Of a stretch of 64,000 nt of DNA, positions 53,290-62,623 are shown in pieces (positions within the stretch are counted from its first letter, which is position 1; each line of letters begins with the position of its first letter). This DNA is from Bixzunavirus tonenili (lineage: Duplodnaviria; Heunggongvirae; Uroviricota; Caudoviricetes). The translations under genes and the position numbers were made by a program. The stretch is from positions 64,001 through 128,000 of the IMG/VR virus record IMGVR_UViG_2706796412_000001, one strand, 5' to 3'. The notes under the pieces are model-generated. The model was not told the DNA's origin. It saw only the letters and a program-made list of their open reading frames with translations, and did no database searches.

Positions 53290-54040
53290 CGACTCAGGCC
53301 TCTTCGACAGCCGGAAGGCTCCGGGCTCCCGTGGCATCGGATACCCCTCGTGCAATACCGAGCTGGCGCTCATTCCGCCCAACACCGCCGACCCGCACGG
53401 GTATTACGCCGAGATCGGCGTCGATCCCTGGGCGACGATGGAAGAGATTCGATTCAGGGTTCGGCACCTCTACCGGACTTACCACCCGGACACGGGCATA
53501 GAACCCGACGTGGACAAGCTCAACCGGGTGCGCAATATCGCCTCGGTGCTGCTGGATCCGCTGTCCCGGGACAAGTACAACCGGACTCCCAAAGGCATGC
53601 GTCTGATGGACGCGGTCTATGCTGCCGAGCTGAGCAAGCTCGACGATCTGCAAACCCTCGACGAGGTCAAGCTTCAGCGGGTCCTCAAGCCGGTCAAGGC
53701 CAATCCGTACGGCGCCCACAACCCTGGTGCGCGCTACGACTACTTCGCCATCAACACCCATCGCGATCCCTGGCGTGCGGACGGCCTCAAGGCTCAGCTG
53801 TGGTACCACTTTCTGATCGAGGCTGCTCCCCTGGTCAACTACCGCCGGGTCATCAAGGTCCTCATGACCGATGGGTCTGCCGAGTATCACCACGACGCCT
53901 GCATGATGGTGATCCCGCGATCCTGGGAGCCTTCGCAATCGCTGGCCTACTCGCTGTTTACCCACGTCGCAGGCTTTATGCCGGGTCGCAATGATCCAAT
54001 GACACGCTTGTCATTCATTCGCCCTAATATTCCCGCCTGA
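53252..54040 (+). CDS. J-domain (DnaJ-like) protein
   Basis: YYAEIGV...EEIRFRVRHLYRTYHPD...VLLDPLSRDKYN; intact HPD. Confidence 0.8.
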   Translation: MATLSLRTSASSDDSGLFDSRKAPGSRGIGYPSCNTELALIPPNTADPHGYYAEIGVDPWATMEEIRFRVRHLYRTYHPDTGIEPDVDKLNRVRNIASVLLDPLSRDKYNRTPKGMRLMDAVYAAELSKLDDLQTLDEVKLQRVLKPVKANPYGAHNPGARYDYFAINTHRDPWRADGLKAQLWYHFLIEAAPLVNYRRVIKVLMTDGSAEYHHDACMMVIPRSWEPSQSLAYSLFTHVAGFMPGRNDPMTRLSFIRPNIPA

Positions 54041-54042
54041 TG

Positions 54043-54081
54043 GTGTAGTGTCCCTATAGAAGGACTAAAGCCCTTCTGTAG
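54043..54081. promoter_or_regulatory. four-half-site operator array with 11-bp period upstream of SSB
   Basis: GTGTAG-5-CTATAG-5-CTAAAG-5-CTGTAG. Confidence 0.55.
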
Positions 54082-54125
54082 CAAGACAATCCACAGCAGG
54101 AAAATACGGGAAGAAACAGATACAC

Positions 54126-55094
54126 ATGGCAACTGGTTTTGGCGCGATGCAGCGTGCCGTCACGAACGCGAACACCCCCAAGAACTTCGGCGCCCGGCTG
54201 GACTACTTCAGCCTCAAGGACGGCGAGTCGATCATCGTCCGCTTCCTCACCGACCCCGACGACATCATCACCTGCGATGTGTATCAGTACGTCAAGGACA
54301 ACAAGGGCAAGGTCGCCAGCTTCGTCTGCGCCCCCAGCCTGCATGCCGAGGACCCGGAGTGGAAGGGCAAGGACTGGGTCCAGCTCTACGGCGGCATGAC
54401 CGAGGACTACAAGACCAAGGATCTGGTTCCGGCCAAGGCCAAGGAGCGCACCATGGCCATCGTCGTCGAGCGCGAAGAGGTCGCGCTGGAGACCCCGCCC
54501 GGCGAGCGCCCTCGGTTCAAGTACCAGGACAAGCTGATCAAGGTCGAGCACGAAGACAAGACCTACGATGGCCGCCGGTTCATCCTCATCCAGGAGCCTG
54601 CCAAGACCTTCTGGGGCCAGCCGGTTGGCTACGCCGGGGAGTACGGCACCCTGTGCGACCGCGACTACAAGATCACCCGGCAGGGCACCGGCCTGGCCAC
54701 CACCTACATCGTCACCCCCAAGGGCGAGGACCCCGACTGGCGGATGGACGGTTCCAGCTACCGGGCCCTGCACGCGCGCTACGGCTACGGCACCGGCAAG
54801 GACATGGACGGCAACGAGCTGAAGCCCGACAGTCCCGATCGGTTCCTCTACTGCCCGACCACGTTGTGGGAGTGGGCGGTCAGCAACGCTTCCGAAGACC
54901 GCGCCCGCGCGCTGCTGGGGTCGCCGCGCGAAGAGGCCGCAGCCCGCCGCGACGCCGGATCCGACAAGCCCAAGGACAACCCCTGGGGCGGCGGGGCCGA
55001 CGAGGCCAACACGGGTCCGGCCACTCCGGCAGCGGCACCGAGCAGCGGCGACATCTCCTCGCTGCGCGCCCGACTGGAGTCCTACTCCTCCTAG
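54126..55094 (+). CDS. single-stranded DNA-binding protein (gp32-like)
   Basis: YFSLKDGESIIVRFL...DRDYKITRQGTGLATTY pattern; position before polymerase. Confidence 0.7.
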   Translation: MATGFGAMQRAVTNANTPKNFGARLDYFSLKDGESIIVRFLTDPDDIITCDVYQYVKDNKGKVASFVCAPSLHAEDPEWKGKDWVQLYGGMTEDYKTKDLVPAKAKERTMAIVVEREEVALETPPGERPRFKYQDKLIKVEHEDKTYDGRRFILIQEPAKTFWGQPVGYAGEYGTLCDRDYKITRQGTGLATTYIVTPKGEDPDWRMDGSSYRALHARYGYGTGKDMDGNELKPDSPDRFLYCPTTLWEWAVSNASEDRARALLGSPREEAAARRDAGSDKPKDNPWGGGADEANTGPATPAAAPSSGDISSLRARLESYSS

Positions 55095-55299
55095 AGATCC
55101 TCCAACCCTGGTAGGTGGCAGCGGAGCTTCGGCCCCACCACCGACACCCCATCAGGGACCCCGGGCCTGCGGGCATCGGGTACGAGGCCGACTCCCGGCG
55201 CAATGGGGATGGCGCCGGGGGTGCGGTGGGTGCTGGACATCCATGAGCGGGCTTCCAGCACCTTCCACACCACTCACTCACCCATCGAGGAGATCGCAA

Positions 55300-58200
55300 T
55301 TGAGCAGCGGTAAGGCAGCGCTACACAACCATTCGGAGACGTCGATCCTCGACGGACGGTCCCGGCCCGAGGAGATGGCCGCGCGGGCCAAGGACTGCGG
55401 CGACGAGTCGGTTGCCATCACCGACCACGACGACGTCGGTGGACACTTCCGATTCCAGAAGGCCTGTCAGGATGCGGGCGTCAAGCCGATCCTGGGCGCC
55501 GAGCAGCGATGGATGCACAACATCGCCGACAGTCGAGACCGCAAGACCGGCGGGTCGGACTCCAGCCATATCGTGCTGCTGGCCGAGAACAACACCGGAC
55601 TGCGCAACCTGTGGGCCCTGTCCTCGCTGGCCTATGAGCCCGAGCAGTTCTACAAGAAGCCGCAGCTGGAACCGCGCCTGCTGCGCGCGCACCGCGAGGG
55701 CCTGTGGGCTTCTGACGGCTGCATGCTGACCCGCTTCGCCGAATACGTGGTCAACGACCAGGACGACCTGGCTCGCCAGGAGTGGGCGGTTCTGCTCAAC
55801 ATCTTCGGCGACCACTTCTACTCCGAGTTGCACACCTGGCAGTTCATCGACCCGATCTCGCCCGAGCAACAGGCGCTCAACGCCAAGATGACCAAGATCA
55901 ACCAGGCTAAGGTCCGCTTCGCCAAGGAGATGGGCGTGCCGCTGGTGGTGGTCAACGATGCGCATTACGCCTACGAGCGGCAGTGGAAAGAGCATCGCGC
56001 GATCTGGGACATGTCCACCGGGTCCTGGAAGAAAGACCAGGTCGAGGAGCGCGGCCACGCTGCCGACTGGATGATGAACGCCGACGAGATCCGGCACTAC
56101 ATGGGCCTGCACGGGGTGGGCGCCAGTGTGATCGAGGAGGCGATGAAGAACAGCGGCTGGATCGCTGAGCAGTGCAACGCCGAGATCAACGGCACCCTGC
56201 TGGCGATGCCTCGGCTGTACGCCACCGACGCTGAAGACGCTGCCGCGTTCCGCCGGTCGATCGAGGAGGGCTTCAAGAAGTTCGTCGTCGACAAGGGCCT
56301 GCCCGAGTCGGTCTACCGTGAGCGGCTGGAGTACGAGGCCAAGCTCATCATCGACAAGAACATGGCGGGCTACTTCAACGTGGTGGCCGATTACGTGCTG
56401 GCCGCCCGCAACGGCACCTACCACCAGGCCATCACCGGTGACCCCAAGCCCAAGCCGTGCCTGTGCGGGCCGGGCCGTGGATCCGCCGGAGGCTCGCTGG
56501 TCACCTACGTCATGGGCATCACCTCGATCGATCCGATCAAGTACGACCTGATGTTCGAGCGCTTCATCAACCCGGATCGCCCCGACTTTCCCGACATCGA
56601 CGTCGACTTCCAGAAGTCGAAGAAGAGCCTGGTCAAGCAGTACCTGGGCAAGCGGTACGGCGAGGACAACGTGGTCTCGATCGGCACCCGCACCCATTCA
56701 CGGCCCCGGCAGATGCTGCAGGATCTCTGCCGTGCCGAAGGCATCCCGTTCAAAGAGATGAAGCAGATGATCGACCTCGTCGAGCAGGTCGACCAGATCG
56801 CGCCCTTCGAGGAGGGCATGGAGCTTCCCGAGGACGAAGAGCCGCCCACCTGGGACGAGGTGCTCCAGGAGATCGGTGGCGACCTGGCTCCCTACGCCAA
56901 GAAGTACCCCGAGCTGTTCGACAAGATGGGCAAGATGGTGAACATGGTGCGCGGCGTCGGCGTGCACCCGGCGGGCGTACTCGTCAACACCGACCCCGTC
57001 TTTCCCGGCCTGATCCCGACCCGGCGCAAGGGTGGCGTCGACGTCCGGGCCACCCAGTTCGACATGTACGAGATCGAGACCCTCGGCGGGGTCAAGGACG
57101 ACCTGCTGGCCAACAAGGGTCTCGATGTTCTCGACATTGCCCGAGACCTGATCTACGAACGTCACGGTGTCTGGATCGACTACGACGGCTTCGGCTTCGG
57201 CGTCCCGGAGGACTGCCCGCCGGACAAGGTCATCGCGCTCAACGACGACAAGTACCTGAGCGATCCGGCCATCTACGAGCAGATCGATCGAGGCCAGACC
57301 GCAGGCCTGTTCCAGGTGAACACTCCGGCGGGCACCAAGCTGGCCATGCGGTTCAAGCCGCGTTCGGTCGTCGACATGGCCGACCTCGCCTCGATCAACC
57401 GACCGGGCGTCACCCGGGTGCCGGGCCTGCTCGACAAGTACATCGAGCGTCGCCACGGGCGTGACCCGGTCACCTACGATCACCCGCTGATGGAGTCCAT
57501 CACCGGCCCCTCCAGCTCGATGAACACCTACGGCATCTTGGTCTACCAGGAACAGCTGATCCGCACCGCCAAGGAGCTGGCCGGGTTCACTCCGGGCGAG
57601 GCCGAGCGTCTGCGCAAGGGCATCGGCAAGAAGAAGATGGAGATCATCAACGAGCTGGAGCCCAAGTTCCTCGACGGGTGCATGGCCAATCCAGAGTTCG
57701 TCCGGCTCGGCGGGACTCGTAAGGTGGCCGATCGGATCTGGCAATCGCTGAAGGCCGCCGGTGCCTACGCCTTCAACAAGAGCCATGGTGTTGGTTACGC
57801 GCTGCAGCCCTGCCAAGAGGCCTGGGTCAAGCACTACTACTTCGACGAGTTCATCACCGGCTGCCTGGTGGTGCACACCGACAAGACCATCCGGTTCTTG
57901 CGCGAGTGCCGCCAGCGCAAGCGACCGGTGCTTCCGCCGGACGTCAACCAGTCCGGCGCCGGGTTCACCCTGACCGACGAGGGCATCCGGTTTGGCCTGA
58001 CCGATATCTCTGGCATTGGCGATGCGGCCATGCCCGACATCCTGGCCAAGCGACCGTTCAAGGACCTCGACGACTTTCTGACCCGAGCTTCCAAGGGTGG
58101 CGGCGCGAAGAAGGGTGTGGTCGACGCGCTGATCAAGGTGGGCGCCTTCGACTTCACCGGTGAGCATCGTCAGGTGATGCTGGAGAAGGTCTACCGGCAT

Positions 58201-58701
58201 CGTCGCGGCCTGTCGGCGCCGGTGAAGTGGGCCAAGATGACTCTGGACGAGCAGGTGGCTGAGATTGCCGACAAGCGCCGGATCAAGCCCGAGGACTACC
58301 CGATCTACGACTTCGACGACCCGCAGGTCATCCACGACCTGGAGGTCGAGATGCTCGGCACCTTCGTCAGCCATGACCCGATGGCCAAGTACGCCAGGAT
58401 GATCGAGGGCGTGTGCATCCGGCATCCGATGGACTACGACGACTACGAGGTCGGCGCTCAGTTCGTCGTCGGCGGCAAGCTCGTCAAGGCCCGGACTCAC
58501 CAGCAGAAGAACGGCAAGCAGATGGCCTTTCTGGCCGTGCACTGGAACGAGGAGGACTTCGAGATTCTCGCGTTCGCCGACGCCTGGGCCCGCTGCCGAC
58601 CGCTGCTCAAGATCGGCTCACCGGTGGCCTGTCAGGTGATCAAGCTCAGAGGCGGCGCCGCGTCGCTGAGCACGGTGGAACGACTCGACACGATCGTCTG
58701 A
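55300..58701 (+). CDS. dnaE: DNA polymerase III alpha subunit
   Basis: PHP (LHNHSETS, AITDH), GRGSAGGSLV, FPDIDVDF, YAFNKSH, OB fold; TTG start after GAGGAG; no intein seen. Confidence 0.95.
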   Translation: MSSGKAALHNHSETSILDGRSRPEEMAARAKDCGDESVAITDHDDVGGHFRFQKACQDAGVKPILGAEQRWMHNIADSRDRKTGGSDSSHIVLLAENNTGLRNLWALSSLAYEPEQFYKKPQLEPRLLRAHREGLWASDGCMLTRFAEYVVNDQDDLARQEWAVLLNIFGDHFYSELHTWQFIDPISPEQQALNAKMTKINQAKVRFAKEMGVPLVVVNDAHYAYERQWKEHRAIWDMSTGSWKKDQVEERGHAADWMMNADEIRHYMGLHGVGASVIEEAMKNSGWIAEQCNAEINGTLLAMPRLYATDAEDAAAFRRSIEEGFKKFVVDKGLPESVYRERLEYEAKLIIDKNMAGYFNVVADYVLAARNGTYHQAITGDPKPKPCLCGPGRGSAGGSLVTYVMGITSIDPIKYDLMFERFINPDRPDFPDIDVDFQKSKKSLVKQYLGKRYGEDNVVSIGTRTHSRPRQMLQDLCRAEGIPFKEMKQMIDLVEQVDQIAPFEEGMELPEDEEPPTWDEVLQEIGGDLAPYAKKYPELFDKMGKMVNMVRGVGVHPAGVLVNTDPVFPGLIPTRRKGGVDVRATQFDMYEIETLGGVKDDLLANKGLDVLDIARDLIYERHGVWIDYDGFGFGVPEDCPPDKVIALNDDKYLSDPAIYEQIDRGQTAGLFQVNTPAGTKLAMRFKPRSVVDMADLASINRPGVTRVPGLLDKYIERRHGRDPVTYDHPLMESITGPSSSMNTYGILVYQEQLIRTAKELAGFTPGEAERLRKGIGKKKMEIINELEPKFLDGCMANPEFVRLGGTRKVADRIWQSLKAAGAYAFNKSHGVGYALQPCQEAWVKHYYFDEFITGCLVVHTDKTIRFLRECRQRKRPVLPPDVNQSGAGFTLTDEGIRFGLTDISGIGDAAMPDILAKRPFKDLDDFLTRASKGGGAKKGVVDALIKVGAFDFTGEHRQVMLEKVYRHRRGLSAPVKWAKMTLDEQVAEIADKRRIKPEDYPIYDFDDPQVIHDLEVEMLGTFVSHDPMAKYARMIEGVCIRHPMDYDDYEVGAQFVVGGKLVKARTHQQKNGKQMAFLAVHWNEEDFEILAFADAWARCRPLLKIGSPVACQVIKLRGGAASLSTVERLDTIV

Positions 58702-58710
58702 AGGGCAACC

Positions 58711-59067
58711 ATGAGCAAGGAACTGGTCCTCTCGGTGACACTGGCCGACTGTGTCGTCGAGACCAAGCGCGGACATGGTAAGGGCGGACAGAACCGGAAT
58801 ACCAGGGACACTGCCGTGCGCATTGTGCACCCGCCATCCGGCGCCGTCGGCGAGAGCCAGGAGGAGCGCAGCCAGCTCCAGAACAAGAAGACCGCGTTCC
58901 GCCGGATGGCCGAGTCGCCCAAGTTTCAGCTGTGGCTCAAGCGGCAGGTGGCCAACGACGACCTGATCAAGGCGCAGGTCGAGCGGGAGATGTGGCCGGT
59001 CAACCTCAAGACCGAGGTCCAAGAAGACGGCAAGTGGGTCGAGAAGACGGATAGGGAACTGACGTGA
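58711..59067 (+). CDS. stand-alone peptide release factor domain protein (RF-1/ArfB-like)
   Basis: GKGGQNRNTRDTAVRIVHPPSG...ERSQLQNK; intact GGQ. Confidence 0.9.
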   Translation: MSKELVLSVTLADCVVETKRGHGKGGQNRNTRDTAVRIVHPPSGAVGESQEERSQLQNKKTAFRRMAESPKFQLWLKRQVANDDLIKAQVEREMWPVNLKTEVQEDGKWVEKTDRELT

Positions 59068-60152
59068 CGAACAACCTGCAGCTGGCCAAGCTGCTCAGCG
59101 ACGTCCAGAACAAGTACGGCGAGAATGCCGTGATGATGGCCAAGGACATGGTCACCTACCCACCGGTGCGCTCGGGCACCCTGGCCCTGGACTTCGCCAT
59201 CGGCGTCGGCGGGCTGCCCAGTGACCGGGTCATCGAGATCGGCGGCACCGAGGGCACCGGCAAGACCACGCTCTCCCTGCTGGCCATGCAGCAGTTTTTG
59301 CTGGCCCAGCCCGACCGGTTCGCCCTGGTGCTGGATCTGGAGCACAAGATGACCAAGGACTGGGCCGTCCAGCTGGTCGGTGAGGAGCTGTGGGACGAGC
59401 GGGTCGTCTACGCCCAGCCTGATCATGTCGAGCAGGCCACCAACATGTACTCCGACCTCGTCGGGTCCGGCCAGATCTGCTTTGCCCTGTTCGACTCGAT
59501 CGGCGGCGCGGCGGTACGTGCGGGCATCGAGAAGGAGGCCGAAAAGGTCCAGGTGGGTGGCAATGCCAACGCCATCACCAAGTTCGCCCGGTTGGCGTCG
59601 AACTTCTCGGCCAAGTACCGGTGCCTGACCGTGGGCACCAACCAGGAGCGCGTCGACATGGAAGGCTTCCGCCGGTACATGACGCCCGGCGGCAACGGCT
59701 GGAAACACGCCTGCATCCTGCGTATCCGGCTGAAGGCCTCCACCCAGGACAAGGTCGAGACTGTGGTCAACGGCGAGAAGATGGTGGTGGGCCGCAAGAT
59801 CCACGCCCAGATCGTCAAGAACCAGCTCGCCGCCCCGGGCCGCTCGGCCTGGTGGTGGATGTATCACGTCCCCACCGAGGAGTACGGCTTCGGCATCGAC
59901 ACCCTCGACGAGATCGTTCGGCTGGCCATCTTGACCGGCGTCATCAAGCAGCGGGTGAGCTACTACGACCACCCGGCGCTGGAGAACGGCACCGTCAAGG
60001 GCATGACCAGCTTGGCCAAGGCAATCGGCGAGGACGAGGGGCTACGCAACACGATCGTCAGCGAGACCCTCGCGGTGCTCAAGACCGACTCCAGCCTGCT
60101 GGCCGAGGTCGCACCGCTCGACGACACCGTGCCGCAAGAGATGGAGGACTGA
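59064..60152 (+). CDS. recA: RecA-like recombinase
   Basis: SGTLALDFAIGVGGLP; GTEGTGKTT; FDSIG; TPGGNG. Confidence 0.93.
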   Translation: MTNNLQLAKLLSDVQNKYGENAVMMAKDMVTYPPVRSGTLALDFAIGVGGLPSDRVIEIGGTEGTGKTTLSLLAMQQFLLAQPDRFALVLDLEHKMTKDWAVQLVGEELWDERVVYAQPDHVEQATNMYSDLVGSGQICFALFDSIGGAAVRAGIEKEAEKVQVGGNANAITKFARLASNFSAKYRCLTVGTNQERVDMEGFRRYMTPGGNGWKHACILRIRLKASTQDKVETVVNGEKMVVGRKIHAQIVKNQLAAPGRSAWWWMYHVPTEEYGFGIDTLDEIVRLAILTGVIKQRVSYYDHPALENGTVKGMTSLAKAIGEDEGLRNTIVSETLAVLKTDSSLLAEVAPLDDTVPQEMED

Positions 60153-60532
60153 TGAAGCTGCGCACCTGGGACTACTGGGAGGCCGAGGTCAACGCCGACC
60201 TCAACCTCTCGCCGACGGTCGGTTCCGGCTCCAAGGCCCACGACCCCGGCGACGGCACCGACCGGCGCCACCACCACGAGACCGACTATGCGATCCAGGC
60301 CGACGCCAAGTTCACCGAGCGGTCCGGCTTCAGCCTCAACGGCAAGCTGCTGGGGCAGTGGATCGACCGGGCCCTGGCCCAGGGCAAGCGGTTCGTCCTG
60401 CCGGTGCGGATCTGGTCGCCGACGGCCAACGCGCCCCTGGACCTGGCCGTGGTGCCCTACCAGGACTACCTGGCTCTGGTGGAGGCCTTCCGGACGCTGG
60501 AGGAGCACGAGCGAGAGGGACGCATCCTGTGA
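60152..60532 (+). CDS. PD-(D/E)XK nuclease/Holliday junction resolvase-like protein
   Basis: VGSGS...PGDG...QADAK pattern. Confidence 0.65.
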   Translation: MKLRTWDYWEAEVNADLNLSPTVGSGSKAHDPGDGTDRRHHHETDYAIQADAKFTERSGFSLNGKLLGQWIDRALAQGKRFVLPVRIWSPTANAPLDLAVVPYQDYLALVEAFRTLEEHEREGRIL

Positions 60533-60705
60533 GGGTCTACGTCACCATCGAACGGATGGCGTGTGAGTATGACGAGGTCAAAGAGGTCTTCGTCAACGAG
60601 CAGGATGCCAAGAACTGGGTGGCCCAGCACAGGGCTGACGATCAGCGGGAGTTCATGTCCTACGACTACGTCCCCCGCGAGCTGAGGACGGCCTGGCGTG
60701 GGTAA
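60529..60705 (+). CDS. small hypothetical protein (58 aa)
   Basis: GTGA overlap; RVYVTIER...EVFVNEQDA. Confidence 0.55.
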   Translation: MRVYVTIERMACEYDEVKEVFVNEQDAKNWVAQHRADDQREFMSYDYVPRELRTAWRG

Positions 60706-61468
60706 GGAGGGCCGTAAGAGCATCTTTCGCAGTCTCGCCGAGCGTGATCTGCTGATCCCGTACTTCAGGAATGCGCTGCTCAGTCAGGAGTGGCCGGACG
60801 AGTATGTGATCAAGGTCGACTCGAGTCCCTACTACGGCAAGGGTGACGGTTACTTCCATCCGTCCACCCACGCGCTCATGCCCGCCCGGCAGCTCTACTA
60901 CCACTTTCATCCCGAAACCCGGGACAAGATCGTCCAGGAGGACCGGACGATCACCCAGGAGATGACGCTGACGATGGGCAGCGCGATCCATGCGGTGGTG
61001 CAGACCCAGTTCCAGATGGCCCGTCTGATCAAGGGACCCGATGACTGCGAGGTCGAGTATGTCGACCGGACTCATCACGTCCGGGGCCGGGTGGACTTCA
61101 TCGTCCATCACCCCAACGGTCAGGTGATCCCCGTCGAACTGAAGACCCAGAACAGCCGGTCGTTCGACTTCCAGGACACCATCAAGCCGATCTGGGACGC
61201 GCAGCTGTCGCTGGGTCTACACGGCACCGGTCACCCGATGGGCATCTTGCTGGTGGTCGAGTCCGGCTACCCGTTCCGGATGCGGGAGTACCGGGTGCCG
61301 CGCAATGACGCGCTGCTCACCCAGATCTTCCAGAAGTTCGACTACGTGCGCGAGTGCATCGCGCTGAACAAGGTGCCCGAGTACTGCTGCATGCCACAGT
61401 CGAAGGAGATGGACGCGTGCCCGGCCCGATATCAGTGTTGGCTCAAGGACAAGGTGGAGGCCAACTGA
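60698..61468 (+). CDS. Cas4-family PD-(D/E)XK exonuclease
   Basis: GSAIH; RGRVDF; VELKT; QL; C-terminal CC...C...C. Confidence 0.8.
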   Translation: MGKEGRKSIFRSLAERDLLIPYFRNALLSQEWPDEYVIKVDSSPYYGKGDGYFHPSTHALMPARQLYYHFHPETRDKIVQEDRTITQEMTLTMGSAIHAVVQTQFQMARLIKGPDDCEVEYVDRTHHVRGRVDFIVHHPNGQVIPVELKTQNSRSFDFQDTIKPIWDAQLSLGLHGTGHPMGILLVVESGYPFRMREYRVPRNDALLTQIFQKFDYVRECIALNKVPEYCCMPQSKEMDACPARYQCWLKDKVEAN

Positions 61469-61920
61469 TGGAGATCGATTTCTTCGTGTCAGGCATTGCA
61501 GCGCCGCAGGGGTCCAAGAACTCCTACCCGATCCGTAACAAGGCCGGGGACGTCGTCGGCGTCAACACCGTCGAGCAGAACAGCAAGACGCTGCGCCCTT
61601 GGAGGGCCGACGTCAAGCTGTTCGCCCAGAAGGCCATGCAGGAGCGCGGACAGCAGATCTGCGACGGCGCGATCTACCTCTACTGCGACTTCGTCATGAA
61701 GCGCCCGTCCGGCACCCCCAAGACCCGCAAGACACCGCCTGCGGTCAAGAAGCCCGACCTGGACAAGCTGATTCGCGCGATCGGCGACGCCCTCAAGGGC
61801 ACCGTGTACACCGAGGACAGCCGGGTTGTGGAGATCCGGGCAACCAAGCGCATCGCCGAGATCGGCGAGACGCCAGGAGTTTTCATCCATGTAGGAGCAG
61901 TCGATGACCGAGTTGCGTGA
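61468..61920 (+). CDS. rusA: RusA-like Holliday junction resolvase
   Basis: G.AAPQGSK; KPDLDKLIRAIGDALKG...EDSRVV. Confidence 0.88.
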   Translation: MEIDFFVSGIAAPQGSKNSYPIRNKAGDVVGVNTVEQNSKTLRPWRADVKLFAQKAMQERGQQICDGAIYLYCDFVMKRPSGTPKTRKTPPAVKKPDLDKLIRAIGDALKGTVYTEDSRVVEIRATKRIAEIGETPGVFIHVGAVDDRVA

Positions 61921-62623
61921 TGGCGATCTGGCTTCTGCGGTGGCCGCGAAGTTGCAGCAAGATCACCTCAAAGAGATCGAGGCCTCCGGCGAGCCGTTTG
62001 TTGACGCCGAGTCTCCGATGATTCGTTCGGCGCGCAAGTCCATCTTCACCAAGATCGATTTCAGGTGGCGGGCAAGCGATGAGGCCGATCTGGCGCACAT
62101 CCGTTCCGGGGCCGAAGCCATGTTCGCCCCGATGTACGCCGAGTTGAAGAAGATCATCGACGACTTCTACGCCCAGATGCGAATCGCCGAGATAAATCCC
62201 GACACGGGGCAACGATTGCTCGATGCTCAGCGTAGAGTTATCTGGCAGCGGGACAAAGACGGAAAAATCATCGAAGATCTCAGCCAGATCACCGGACAAG
62301 ACATCGAAAAGACACTTCTGGACATCGCCAGACTCAAGAGTGACGTAGCGCCCCGGGTTCATAACCTCCTCGCTGAGGCGGTCTTTGCCCGACACATCGC
62401 AGACGACTCGTACCAGGATCACTACGCCGAACTTGTCGAAGGCACGATCGGCGACCGCAACGCACACGCCTCTCTCAAGTCGAGGGAGGACAAGTACCAC
62501 GCCTTCTTCCGCTGGTATCTGTGGGGCCAGGCCGACGCCTTTCTCAAGGAGGTCAGGGAGTTCACCAGGCTGCTGGAGCGCATTCGTTACTGGAGGATTG
62601 ACGACAATGGGAGGGCTTCCTAG
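61904..62623 (+). CDS. hypothetical protein
   Basis: 239 aa with normal coding pattern. Confidence 0.7.
   Translation: MTELRDGDLASAVAAKLQQDHLKEIEASGEPFVDAESPMIRSARKSIFTKIDFRWRASDEADLAHIRSGAEAMFAPMYAELKKIIDDFYAQMRIAEINPDTGQRLLDAQRRVIWQRDKDGKIIEDLSQITGQDIEKTLLDIARLKSDVAPRVHNLLAEAVFARHIADDSYQDHYAELVEGTIGDRNAHASLKSREDKYHAFFRWYLWGQADAFLKEVREFTRLLERIRYWRIDDNGRAS

Noticed and set aside
55300-60152. Inteins or introns in DnaE, DnaB or RecA
   Set aside because: No C/S...HN junctions or LAGLIDADG/HNH motifs, and protein lengths are normal.
60698-61468. CRISPR-Cas system suggested by the Cas4-like gene
   Set aside because: No repeat-spacer array or other cas genes; solo Cas4-like nucleases are common in phage recombination modules.
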